Source: Chiloscyllium plagiosum
Lineage: Eukaryota
NCBI RefSeq assembly: GCF_004010195.1
Contig: NC_057718.1
Span: 72,921,642-72,966,777, forward strand
Reading direction: 5' to 3'
Length of the DNA: 45,136 nt
Below the pieces are notes generated by a model. The model did not search any database, had not been told where the DNA came from, and saw nothing but the letters and a program-made list of their open reading frames with translations. How positions within the stretch are numbered: the stretch's first letter is position 1; each line of letters opens with the position of its first letter. The translations under genes were made by a program, and so were the position numbers. Shown here piece after piece: positions 12,001-22,252 of this stretch.

Positions 12001-15000
12001 AGTTTTACTAGCTGTTCCCGTGTTACCTGATGCATCGATTGGTAGTGGGCTCGGAGATTAGAATTTCTTGTAAATGTTTTCTGGCAGTTAGGAACATGGC
12101 ATCGAAATGGAGCAAATCTGGTCTGATACATCTTCATTTCCATTATCTGTTCCTTGGAGTACTGATGCACTTTGACATAATGGTTGGTCAAAGCATCTTT
12201 AGTCATTGCACTATAGATACAGCCACCTTCCTGACAGATAAATGGCTTAATGAGATTCACTTTCAGCTCTTTGCCATTTTCAGCAGCTGGCACTGATGTA
12301 TTTGTTTGTGTGTCTGTCAAACATTTATTGATTGTATTTGGAGTATTGACACAATTACTCATTGATGTGTGTGTCATGATGTTCATGGAAGAAATCGGTG
12401 TCCCTGAACTTGAGGTAGGGCAAGATGCATCATTCTTGTAAAGTTTGTCATATTCCAAATTTAGATTTTGCAAGGCCAACAGCAGTTCAGCAATGCATAT
12501 ATCTGATGTCTTAGAGTGTTCAGAGAGAGATGAGTTATGATTGCTATTAATGCTAGGGAGGATGCCATTAGTGAAAAAGATAGTTGGCTCACAACTGCTT
12601 TCCAAATTTTGAGGGGCAATCTCATTGTCAACAAAAGTTGCTCCTGAACAAAAACTGGATTCGAGTGCCTGCTGCAAGGGCTCACAAGGTGAATAGGGCC
12701 TTGAGCCTTTAGTTGAATCTATCATTGATGGAACTTCAGTGCTGAGTGATAAGTCTTCACCAGCCACAAATGAACCTGGGCTACAGATAGTTGTTAGTGC
12801 TTGTGGCATACTGATGTTGACTGGGCTGCCCTCCACAGTCCTCATTTCAAAATTAGGTTGAAAGGTTTGTTGAATTACTGCAGTCTCAAATGTTCCAGGA
12901 AGACCAGGGACCTGGGGACTCTTGTTTGGCCCAAATGCAGAACTGTAGCTGTTCTGCTGTGTTGGTTGAAAAAGTTCATGGGTAGCAAATGGAGCTGTAT
13001 GGTCCGCCATTTCCAATGATTGAAGAAATGTTTCCCCTGACAAGAATGTATCTGTGACACAGGGAGGTTCAGGTTCCTGATGGACAAACGCATCTGGTGA
13101 AATAACCTTTTCTGTTTTGTATAAAGCCTGTCCACTCTTCTGCTCCACAACTGAAGAACTTTCTTTTCTGTCATAAGGTTTACAGATAGCTCGACGTGAC
13201 AAATGACCACCAAGAGATTTAGGATTTGTAAATTCTCTGTAGCACCTGCTACAGATAAATTTGTCACCCTTGATTATTGCAGGCCATTTTGCACGCTTAT
13301 TGTGTGTGTGCTTTTTTTTCCTGGATTGGGATACATGATCGCTTTCAACTGTTAAAACACTGGTAATAGGTTGATACATAGCACATACTGTGTTCAAGGT
13401 GCTTTCATGTGTTATATCTAAGCTTTCCTCAGTTGAAAAACACAATGAGCTTGGAGGGCTTTCCTGATTTTGACATTTTGAGGGATTTCTAATTTGTTGG
13501 ATTTTTGATAGGTCTTGCTGTTTCTTCAGTGTTTCATAGTACTCAGGGTGCGTAGCCTTAATATGTTTACTGACACTGCGTGATGAAGCATAGCTTCGAC
13601 TACAGCCATCAACTTTACAGCTGAACATTTGAACCGATTTTGTTACTTCACCAGGTTCCGTTTCTTCAGGTAATGGGGAAATAAGGGTGCCCTCCCCTTT
13701 AAACATTGCTTTTGGCAAAACACAATGCGTTTGATCCATGTTGATCTCTTCATTCTTCACAGTCAGACCAGTGTATGTGGCTTTTGGAAGATGGCACCGT
13801 TCTCTGCTGGATGGCAAAGCATTTAGTTTTTCTGACATGGAAGATTTGGATTCAACAATTTCACCTGCAACACAATCAGTAGCAAAACCATTCTGGTAGG
13901 TGTCAGGCTGATTGCATGGCTCATCTTTCATCTTCAATAGCTGGTCTATCTGATCAGCTCTATTTGGAGCAAGCTGTTTTGTTTCAAAAGGTGAACCACT
14001 TCCAGCTTCAATTTTCACACAAGCCTGCGTGACATGACCAACTTCATGCTTCTGCAATTCACTCTGGGAGTAGTAAATGTTTCCACAGTTTGAGAATTTG
14101 CAAGTATATGAGGAATTATGGTAATGCTGTGCTTCGTGATCATACAACAAATAAGACTCGGTAAAAACTCTTCCACAATTCTGAAACATGCATTTAGCTT
14201 TGAACAATGCATGCACTTTCCGGTGTCCTACCAATTCAGAATATGTACCAAAGCTTGCATTACATTCCAGCTGTATACAGACATAAGGTTTAGGGCCACA
14301 ATGAATTTGCAAATGTTCATTAAGGTGAGAAACACTGACAAAACGTCTCCTACAATACTGACATACAACTTTATTACTCTGCATTTTAAGAAATTGTTTT
14401 GCTTCTTCTTCATTACCGTGACCTTTCACGTGTGCAATTAAATTTTTAAAATATTTAAATGTTTTTGTACAGGTAGTTACAGGGCAGTTATAATCTTCAG
14501 TGCAGTCCACTTTTTGTGTAATCATGATTGCAGGTTTGTATGATTTGTCTTTGCCCTCATCATCAGAGCCATCACTATCACTGAAAACGACAAAATCCTC
14601 ACTATATATGCTGTTCCTTTTTATTGGACGATGGTCCTGCTTGTCTATCTCCAATATCTTTTTACTTGGAACACTAATATCGGTCAAGTTCTTAGGAGGT
14701 CTTCCAACTCTTCTTTTTGGTTTAATAGAAGCCAGTCGTTCTTTACAAGATTGCTTAATATGAAATGTAACATGTGGAACAAAAATCTCCTTTTTCTTAA
14801 AACTTTTGGCACATATGGGGCAATAATAGTTTCCCTCTTTTATATGCGTTTGAGCATGACGGATAATTCGATGTCCCAGAAACTCTCTGTCACATAATAC
14901 ACAATACTGCATGTAGGCCTGCCAATTTTTAAACCTGGCAGACACCATACCTTTCTCAATTTTATCTTTTTCCTTAATTTTGATTTCTTCAGATGAAGTA

Positions 15001-15509
15001 TTTTGTACTTTTATCACATCGCTGTAAAATTTAGGAAGTCCATTCAGTGAATGCTCTTTTGGAGCAACTTCAAGATGGCTATCATTGTTTTCAAAGAGGT
15101 CACTGTCATTAAGTTCATCTATGGAAGACACAATGGATGCTTCCTCGCCCATCAATGCAAGACAATGGCGCTTCAGAGTTTTCCAATCCCAAAATTCAGG
15201 ATCAAATGGCCAATGTGTTTTTAAAACCAGTAAGAGTTCACATCTCAATGAGTTAGGAATTGGACCATTTTCGTCGTCATATTTCTGATCTGGCTGGTTG
15301 TATAAAGTCTCAACAGCATAATACGCTTCCACCGTAGGTTCTAACAGGAATTCGGTAAGCTGGCATGCACGTCTGACCTCTAAATAATCAGGTAACAAGC
15401 ATGATACTGTCTTGCAAATTGACGTTTTCACTGTGGGACTTTCATTTGATTCCATGCGTAGTGCTCTCACACAGAGCTCAATACAAGCTGATAGTCCAGC
15501 TTCTCCTGC
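9009..15509 (-). CDS. ZNF292/RLF: Terminal coding exon (2166 aa + stop) of a ZNF292/RLF-family multi-C2H2 zinc-finger protein
   Basis: The 2153-aa ORF extends 13 codons upstream to a phase-0 acceptor (tttcttcacag|GCA GGA GAA; AGEAGLSACIELCVRAL). It has the family motifs CELLLVLKTHWPFDPEFWDWKTLKRHC, YCVLCDREFLGHRIIRHAQ, KWPAII..KFICSRCYREFTNPKSLGGHL and C-terminal FKPMGFEFSFLKFLEES, plus many spaced C2H2 fingers and an AT-hook-like RRVGRPPK. Which paralogue it is remains unresolved. Confidence 0.95.
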   Translation of the reverse strand, partial: AGEAGLSACIELCVRALRMESNESPTVKTSICKTVSCLLPDYLEVRRACQLTEFLLEPTVEAYYAVETLYNQPDQKYDDENGPIPNSLRCELLLVLKTHWPFDPEFWDWKTLKRHCLALMGEEASIVSSIDELNDSDLFENNDSHLEVAPKEHSLNGLPKFYSDVIKVQNTSSEEIKIKEKDKIEKGMVSARFKNWQAYMQYCVLCDREFLGHRIIRHAQTHIKEGNYYCPICAKSFKKKEIFVPHVTFHIKQSCKERLASIKPKRRVGRPPKNLTDISVPSKKILEIDKQDHRPIKRNSIYSEDFVVFSDSDGSDDEGKDKSYKPAIMITQKVDCTEDYNCPVTTCTKTFKYFKNLIAHVKGHGNEEEAKQFLKMQSNKVVCQYCRRRFVSVSHLNEHLQIHCGPKPYVCIQLECNASFGTYSELVGHRKVHALFKAKCMFQNCGRVFTESYLLYDHEAQHYHNSSYTCKFSNCGNIYYSQSELQKHEVGHVTQACVKIEAGSGSPFETKQLAPNRADQIDQLLKMKDEPCNQPDTYQNGFATDCVAGEIVESKSSMSEKLNALPSSRERCHLPKATYTGLTVKNEEINMDQTHCVLPKAMFKGEGTLISPLPEETEPGEVTKSVQMFSCKVDGCSRSYASSRSVSKHIKATHPEYYETLKKQQDLSKIQQIRNPSKCQNQESPPSSLCFSTEESLDITHESTLNTVCAMYQPITSVLTVESDHVSQSRKKKHTHNKRAKWPAIIKGDKFICSRCYREFTNPKSLGGHLSRRAICKPYDRKESSSVVEQKSGQALYKTEKVISPDAFVHQEPEPPCVTDTFLSGETFLQSLEMADHTAPFATHELFQPTQQNSYSSAFGPNKSPQVPGLPGTFETAVIQQTFQPNFEMRTVEGSPVNISMPQALTTICSPGSFVAGEDLSLSTEVPSMIDSTKGSRPYSPCEPLQQALESSFCSGATFVDNEIAPQNLESSCEPTIFFTNGILPSINSNHNSSLSEHSKTSDICIAELLLALQNLNLEYDKLYKNDASCPTSSSGTPISSMNIMTHTSMSNCVNTPNTINKCLTDTQTNTSVPAAENGKELKVNLIKPFICQEGGCIYSAMTKDALTNHYVKVHQYSKEQIMEMKMYQTRFAPFRCHVPNCQKTFTRNSNLRAHYQSMHQVTREQLVKLRIKRAYCRKSDGPHKAVDNVPSSQAIISQPRSDGLQENESSELHKLEPVTGHNEINSEINLHLHNSPNAKTVLYNHTMSQSSSMLLADLQDCSAIPAQLQNDLTQSVVQQDALVPAAGSQDTPMLLADPQDASVLTVESHSSLAQTAGLPAVAPLLAWPQDVLLQSVDPQNVSPVSEGLQDVSLLPTVEECVSPLPAIPQTALLPEVQGITQLVSGPANISLLSAGLQDVPILPLEPQGLSQPASDSADNSLLPAGSQGASPVPAGLQGMLPPVESQEDSVCEVRTKDPFLDYERPKDILLHPPDRSVQRRKCMGRLKQAKKAGSTVKFMKMSAGEKKCKKSITKIRTECNSNRFHKPYKCVHKDCSAAFTIQQNLILHYQAVHQSDQQHLHLQIKQETTKNAAVQMKEFQCQLNDCCRIFQGITNLIKHYSDIHNLTLDEMGKIVSSVSEGKLFRCDQADCVSSFTVFWSFIKHLMVAHGIDVESQQSDMDMTCFKCDCEGCDRTYATRSNLLRHIFTKHRELHRSHLMRPRRIMTDQENIPRTANQDDLPDEKSYFAPEENEDITNHGKSKPISRECFTTDSRSMKSGEVDCHKSCSSRKVAKYTFKSKAQALDICNKSVKEQYPCMFKNCSSVVTSERSLVKHYKIHHKISNTFVSQYHKHLVTCRKHASIQDKEATKYITNHEGGLVENAVSRVMIQPQAKLSETEILNKQIESDNYFKTANEISPLFNAKLIANTSACIKTEQEETVEMIAESKVTNVNKHQSCKKRSNSHLTLSDTEEHIENTKKKNAIMDNSENLLEDTIQIFDEKDASPSKHIPCIHKPHRHKPFDFSTFKPMGFEFSFLKFLEESALKQKKSAVSDKSLSHTCTLNTEKMADHGLVSSSVMLSDESNSSASYPVKDDRNSRVPVDRTKQSDADRLRMGTTNFESPLSLHILKNIKIIMDNSNSDCVELAEKQLQRMQPTVVLSRVKVDFNMLAQVKSVKERMAVKST
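11163..11747 (-). repeat. Degenerate coding tandem repeat, ~19-20 units of 10 aa (30 nt), consensus-like L-[LP]-A-G-[LPS]-Q-D-x-[SP]-x
   Basis: Translation LLADLQDCSA IPAQLQNDLT QSVVQQDALV PAAGSQDTPM LLADPQDASV ... SAGLQDVPIL ... PAGSQGASPV PAGLQGMLPP shows a Q-D/Q-G core every 10 residues. Confidence 0.8.
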
Positions 15510-16331
15510 CTGTGAAGAAAAACACAGTCTTATATAAAAGTTACTGCTCAGATTTGATAAAACGTTATGCTGTATGTACTTGTGGATAAAAATAAATTAA
15601 GGTTTTAACTTTTTTTATCTTAACTCATTATAGATTGTAGCCGTCAGCTGCTTAGAATAGTCAAAACCTTCAGTCCAAAACACAATACAACTGATATAAC
15701 AGACATTTACAACTTAAAACATGTAATAGATAGCACAGATGTGGCACCCTTGTTGTTAACAGAATTCATTAATAGAAAACTTGACCTCCTCTATGGCTGG
15801 AGTAACAGAGTTGGAGATCAAATGTTGTGTATATTTGCTAGTTAGCTGTGGATGTGCTTTAGCACAGCTTATAGAATACAGCAGAGACATAAAGCCTGTT
15901 AACTGCAATACACGTATTCTAACAGAATCATACCACAGACAGATCTATCCAGTTGGTTCTTCTATCCCTGTAAATTCTGCAAAATTTTCCTTTTCTTGAT
16001 TTTTACCAGAATCATTTATTGCAGCATCTACATATCAATTATCAGTTGATAAACTTCCTAATTGGCCAAAAACACCTGTGTCAGCCATATACATTAAATC
16101 CCGGTAATTCCCAGATTAACAACTTTAACTAATGGGAACAAGGTTTCGGATTCATGGAAACTTTATAACAGCCCATCAGAACATCTGATTAATCAACAGC
16201 TTGTAGAAGGACTGCTGCTACTGTGCATCAGTGGCATAGGGAGTTAACTTCAAAGGTTTTAGATGAGATGTCAATCAAAAGGGGCGACTTTGTTCTGGAT
16301 TTGAGTGTTGCTGGAGATGCAGTCATGTAGG

Positions 16332-18576
16332 TCAGGCAGCATCCAAACAGCAGGAGGGTTGCCATTTTGAGCACAAGCTCTTCATCAGGAATTGGAAGGG
16401 GGGCAAAGGGGCTGAGAGATGATTGGGAGGGAGCTGGGGGAAGGTAGCTGGGAACGCAATAGGTAGATGAAGGTGGGGGTGAAGATGATAGGTTGGAGAG
16501 GAGGGGGAGCAGATAGATGGGAAGGAAGATGGACAGGTCCTCCAGTCCAAACAAACCTTACCATCAAACAAAGGGGGTGGGCGCAGTGGTAGTTTGATGC
16601 ACCAACCTCTACACCCCTGAAGTCAGGTGCCAACTCATGGACTCCTTCTCCTACTGCCCCCTTGACCACGAACTCACTTCCCATTACCAAACCATCAACT
16701 CCCAGATCATCCACAATCTCATCACCTCAGGTGATCTCCTACCAATAGCCTCCAACCTCATATTCCGGGAATCCCACATCACCTGATTCTACCTCCTACC
16801 AAAACTTCACAAGCCTGACAGCCCTGGTCAACCCACTGGTGGGGCAGCAGCAGGCCGAGACAAACTCTGTCCTGCTCCCCTTGGTCCTGGAACTCCCCAC
16901 ATACATTCAGGACACCATCAATGCCCTCCACCTCCTGCATGACATTGCTTTCTCCAGCCCCCAACACCTCATCTTCACGATGGACATCCAGTCCCTGCAC
17001 ACATCCATCACCATGACAAAGACCTCCAAGCCCCGCGTTTCTTCTTTTCCTGCTAACCCAACTAGTATCCTTCCACTGACATATTCGATTGGCTGAACTG
17101 GTCCTCACCCCTCAACAATTTCTCCTTCGAATCCTGCCACTCCTCCCAAACTAAAGGGATAGTCACGGGCACCCACATGGGCCCCCAGCCTTGTCTACCT
17201 CTTTGTCAGGTACGTGGAACAGTCCATCTTCCATAGCTACATTGTAGCCGAGTATAAGGTGGTGAATGGTGCCATCGATGACTGTATCGGCACCACCTCA
17301 CGCTCCCACGAGGAGGCTGAACAATTCATCAACTTTACAAACACCTTCCACCTCGTTCTCAAGCTCACCTGGAGCATTGCAGACACCTCCGTCCCCTTCC
17401 TGGACCTCTCATCCATTTCTGGAAACTGACTTAACACTGACATCTACTACAAACCCACTTACTGCCACAGCTACCTGGACTACACTGCCTCCCACCCTGC
17501 GTCCTGTTAAAACGCTATCCCTCATTCCCAATTCCTCTGTCTCTGCCACGTCTGCTCCAAATTCTACCATAGAACATCCCAGGTAGCCTCCTTCTTCAAA
17601 AACCACAAGTTCCCCTCACACGTGCTTGATGACGCCCACCAACGCATTTCCTCCAATTCTTGCACCTCTGCCCTTGAACCCCACCCCTCCAACCACAAGG
17701 ACAGAACCCACCCCGGTCCTCACCTTCCACCCCACCAATCTCCGGATACACTGGATCATCCTCCTCCATTTCTGCCACCTACAAACAGACCTCACCACCA
17801 GGGACATATTTTCCTCCCCACCAGTGTGTTCCGGAGAGACCATTCCCTCCGTGACTCCCTTGAGAGGTCCATGCCCCCCACCAACACACCCTCCACCTCC
17901 CCCTGCCACTGCAATAAGTGCGAAACCCTGCACCCACACTTCTCCTCACCTCCGTCCAAGGCCCCAAAGGATCCTTTCACATTTGACAAGAGATTCACCT
18001 GTACTCCCACACTTGTCATCTACTGAGTCATTGCTGAACACTAACTCCCCCTCGTACTCCATCAAGGAGATGCAAGTCCTGGGCTGCCTCCTCTGCCAAA
18101 CTCTAGCCACCTGTTGCCTGGAGGAAGAATGCCTCATCTTCTGCCTTGAGACCCTCCAACTACATGAGATCAATGTGGATTTCAGCAGTTTCCTCATTTC
18201 CCCTCCCCCTCACCTTACCCCAGTTCCAACCTCCCAACTCGGCACCACCCTCTTGAACTGTCCTTCCCACCTATCCACTCCACCCTCCTCGCCAACCTAT
18301 CGCCTTCACCCATCGATCGCATTTCCAGTTACTTTCACCCCCAGCCCTACCCCCTTCCATCTTTTAGCCCTTCTAGGCCATTCCTTCATTCCTGAAGAGC
18401 TTATGCTCAAAATGTCAACCCTCTTGCTCCTCGGATGCTGGCTGTGCTTTTCCAGTACCACTCTAATCTAGACTCTGGTTTCCAGCATCTGCAGTCATTG
18501 TTTTTACCTGGCTGTGCTTTTCTAGCACCACGCTCTTCGACTCTGATCTCTAGCATCTGCAGTTCTCACTTTCTCC
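16332..18576 (+). mobile_element. Near-complete degenerate Penelope-like element (Neptune-type: RT, Cys-rich linker, GIY-YIG remnant) with inverted 5' copy of the 3' terminus and 15-bp TSD
   Basis: RT motifs LPKLHKP, YIQDT..LH..IFTMDIQSLHTSI, GTHMGP, IDDCIG, FLDLS and YYKPT, then a PCHCNKC..FTCT..VIY linker. 16332-16540 is the reverse complement of ~18250-18450. TSD atgcagtcat(g/c)tagg at 16317-16331 and 18577-18591. Confidence 0.88.
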
Positions 18577-18906
18577 ATGCAGTCATCTAGGCAAATAAGC
18601 AACATTCCATCAAAGTCCTGATTTGTGTCTTGTAGATTGTGGATTGGCTTTGCTGGATCAGCAGTTGACTTACATACCAAAGAATTCCTAGCTTCTGACC
18701 TGCTCCTGTAATATAGTATTTATATGGCTAACTCAGTTCAGTTTCTGGTCAACTGTAACACCCAAAGAGTTGATAGTCGGTGATTCATCAACAGGAATGC
18801 CAATGAATATCAAGGGCTGCTGATTAGATTCTCTTTTCATGGAGATGGAAATAGCTGACACCTACATGGCACACGTGTTGTCCAGACCTTACTGCATTTG
18901 GGTATG

Positions 18907-19075
18907 GCAAAAGTGAGGACAGCAGATGCTGGAAACCAGAGTTTAGTTCAGAGTGGTGCTGGAAAAGCATAGCAGGTCAGGCAGCATCCAAGGAGCAGGA
19001 AAATTGGCGTTTCGGGCAAAAGCCCTTGATCAGGAATAGAGGCAGGAAGCCTCCAGGGTGGAGCTGCTGAAGTAT
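18907..19075 (-). mobile_element. Short PLE terminus with degenerate hammerhead (~19005-19036)
   Basis: Same family as 764-888; minus strand attcCTGATcAAgggc-tttt-gcccGAAACGcc. Confidence 0.75.
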
Positions 19076-19185
19076 CGGAGGATTGAGAATGTTACTTAAC
19101 ATTGCAATGAACTCAAGTTAGAGGGAAGATTATTGATGAAGCACTGACTATGATTGAGCCTACCACACTATCCTGAGAAACTAAC

Positions 19186-19563
19186 GGCTCTTGTGACAAT
19201 AGTAATGTCCCTACATCTGGACCAGGAGAGCCAGGTTCAAGTCCCACCTGCTCCAGAAGTGTGTAACGACATCTCTGGACAAGCTGATTACAGAATACCC
19301 ACCTTCAGGAAATAATTAGGGCACTGTGGCACAATAATAGTGTTTCTATATCTGATTCAGAGGGCCTGGGTTCAAACCTCACCTGCTCTCGAGATACGTC
19401 ACAATATATCTGAACATGCTGATTAAAAGTACATACCCTGAGAAACTGATTTCTTGAGGCACAATGGTGGTGTCCCTACCTCTGAGCAAGGCAGCCTGTG
19501 TTCAATTTACACATGCTCCAGTTATAAGTAATAATGTCTGAACAGGCTGTTTGCAAATATCTA
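19186..19563 (+). mobile_element. Three near-tandem copies of a short (~110-115 bp) tRNA-derived SINE-like element
   Basis: Units at ~19186-19296, ~19319-19430 and ~19451-19563 share an A-box-like tggc(a/g)caatggt(a/g)gtgtccctac, a B-box-like ggttcaagtcc and a ctctgaacaggctgatta tail. Confidence 0.7.
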
Positions 19564-19849
19564 CCCACAAAGAACTCCGACAGATATATCCTATTACTGT
19601 GATCATTGATGTCAAACAACCACTGCCATCTTCCTCTGCACTATATTTGACTAACATTTATTCTTTTTCCCCCAAAAGGTCTCCACATAGCATAATTAAA
19701 GATTTAGTACCAACAAGGTGTACATGGTACAACTTTCAGGATGCTAGTTCTTTCAAGTATTCCATGCATTACTCCAATGTGTGCCTTCCCATACAGTCAG
19801 TATCCAGAATTCATTTTCACTCAAGAACAATATTATGCATTTGCTACTT

Positions 19850-20175
19850 GGGATAGCACATTGGTTAGCCACCGCTGCCTCAGAGCACCAAGGTTTGATC
19901 CCAATTTGATTGGGTGATGGTATGTGGAGCTTACACATTCTCCTCTTGTCTGCATAGGTTTCCTCTCGATGCTCTGGTTTCCTCTCATGGAAAGAGACTG
20001 GCCATGCTAAATTGTCCTGAAGTGTCCACAGATGTGCAGGCAACGTGAATTAGCATGGTAAAAGCAGGCATACAGGATGAGGTGAGAGACAGGTCTGGTT
20101 GGGAAGCTTTTCAGAGGGTTGTTGCCCAAAGGGCAAAATGGTGTCTACCTGCATTATCATATTCTATTATTCTAC
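19850..20175 (+). mobile_element. Degenerate HE1/V-SINE
   Basis: tRNA head ggttagcccaccgctgcctcagagc, V-core tgtggagcttacacattctcc...ggtttcctc and attcta tail. Confidence 0.7.
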
Positions 20176-20579
20176 TCAGGAAATTACCTCCTCACAAAAC
20201 ATACATTTTAAAGACCAGTTGAACAGTATGGTTGATTTCGCTGAGCGCAAGATAAATTTAATATCAGATATACATTAATACAAAAACCCTTCATTCAGCA
20301 ATTTTCTTTCACATGGAATATGGAAAAAAAAGTTGTGACAACAATCCAATCACTCAGATTACTATTACTACTTTGAATTACATTCTTTTCCTTCATGCAT
20401 TGCATATAGGCAAATCTATGAAACTGACATACAAGGGGAAAACACCACACACTAGGAACTTTGTCTGGATATGAGCTGAAAAGGCATCCCTCTTGCTATC
20501 TCACACAGATTGGGTGGCATATTTCCTGAATAACTTTATTACTAGACTGCTGAAAGAAGTAAAGATAGAAATAACAAAG

Positions 20580-21920
20580 GTATTGTCTCAATCCTTTAAT
20601 TTTCATTGACTGAAGGAGTAGTGCCAGAGGACTGGAGTGGTGCCAATGTTATACTAATATTCAGGAAAAGGGAGCAGATTGAACTGTAGTCCAATTAGTC
20701 CATTGACGGTACCAATAGATGAGAAACATTTTTTCGATCAGGAAAAGACACAAATTAGTCAAGTATTACTAAAGTTAATTCATTAAAAGGTAAACCATAT
20801 CTGGCTGACTTGAATGTATTCCTTAATGAAATAATAGGTGGTTATTCAAGGTAGATTTGAATACATGGATGTTTGGAAGTAATTCAGTAAAGGCATAAAG
20901 CGTGTTAATTAGGAATAAATGCAGCAGTACCCAAAACTGGATGAGTGGTCGAGGAGACAGAGTGGCAGTAGAAGGCTGTGTGACTGGAGGCCGGTGTCCA
21001 GTGATATACCACAGCAATCATTGCTACATCCTGTATTGTTCATTTTATGTGTAAATGATATTGAAGAAAATGTGAGGGAGATGATAAGTGAGTTTGCGGA
21101 TGATACAAAGTTTTGCCGGGTGGTTAACAGTGAGGATATAGATGGATTGGTCAGATAGGCAAATCAGTGGGAGATGAAATTTAACCCTGATTAGTGTGAG
21201 ATGATGCATTTTGAAAGAAAAATTACAAGACAAGGGAGTACTCAGTGAATGGCAAGACACTAGGAAGCTCAGAGGAACAGAGCATCTTGGAGTCTTCATC
21301 CACAAATCCCTGAAGACAGAACAACAAGCTAATAGCATGCTTAAGAAGGCATACAGGACATTTAGCTTTATCAGTTGAGATTATACTGATAGATTTTAAG
21401 AGCAGAGAGATGTTTTGGTGCTGTACAGGACTTTGGTTAGGTCACAGCTGGAATATTATGTTTCCACACTGTAGGAAGGATGTGATTGCATTATAAAGGG
21501 TGCAAAGCAGATTGGCCAGGATGTTTCCTGCTATGGAGTAATTTAGCTGTGAAGACAGGTGGATAAGCTCAGATGTTTTACTTGGGGCAGAGAAGGCTGA
21601 GAGAGGATGTGACTGGGGTGTATAAAGTGAGACAGGATGGATAGAAAGCAAAAATACAAAGCACTTCAGATGTTGGAAATCTGGAACAAGAACAGAAATT
21701 GCTGGAGAAACTCAGGTCTGGCAGCATCTGTGGAGAGTAAACAGAGACATCATTTTGAGTCCACTGCATGGAAGAACATTTGACATATCTTAACATCCAA
21801 GGCTATGGGCCAAGATCTGGAAAGTGGCATTTATGGAGATTGAGGGGGCTTTTTTTTGTGAGTGCTGACTGAATGGGCCAAAGTGCCTCTTCTGTCCTGT
21901 ATGATTCTGTGATTGTCTAT
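20580..21920 (+). mobile_element. Degenerate CR1 3' portion (RT to tail) with a short PLE-terminus fragment inserted at ~21648-21770
   Basis: WRPVSSDIPQQSLLHPVLFILCVND..ISEFADDTK, ending in a tail tgtatgattctgtgatt. Confidence 0.75.
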
Positions 21921-22252
21921 GACGCTCAGACCCTGAAAGATTCCACCCTCGCTCTTTTCCTTTTTAAGTATTTATAGAACTGGATGGCTCTTTCCAAAGT
22001 TATGTGTTTCATTGTATTTCAAGCTGATGTATAAGAACCAGGAAGTGTTTCAGATGTTCATTTTTATACATGATTCCACTGTGTATAAACAATATTCATG
22101 GCTCACCAGGCCACATTGACATGGAAAACACATTATGACTCACTTTGGAGCCTTTTACTGGTCAGACCCAAATCAATTACAACCAATATTTATGATTAGC
22201 CGGAAGTGTAAGAACAAAGTTACTTGAACTTAGGAAATGTACTTTAAGATCC

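Noticed and set aside
15468..15470. ORF-track start of the 2153-aa ORF as a true initiation codon (single-exon gene)
   Set aside because: It is a GTG Val codon. The frame continues to a canonical acceptor at 15509/15510 and splices in phase to two upstream exons.
17626..18471. 281-aa Pro/Thr-rich ORF as a novel gene
   Set aside because: It is frameshifted Penelope linker, endonuclease and terminus sequence.
19186..19563. CRISPR array or functional tRNA gene cluster
   Set aside because: The context is vertebrate, the units are long and diverged with no spacer structure, and no full cloverleaf is apparent. A SINE fits better.
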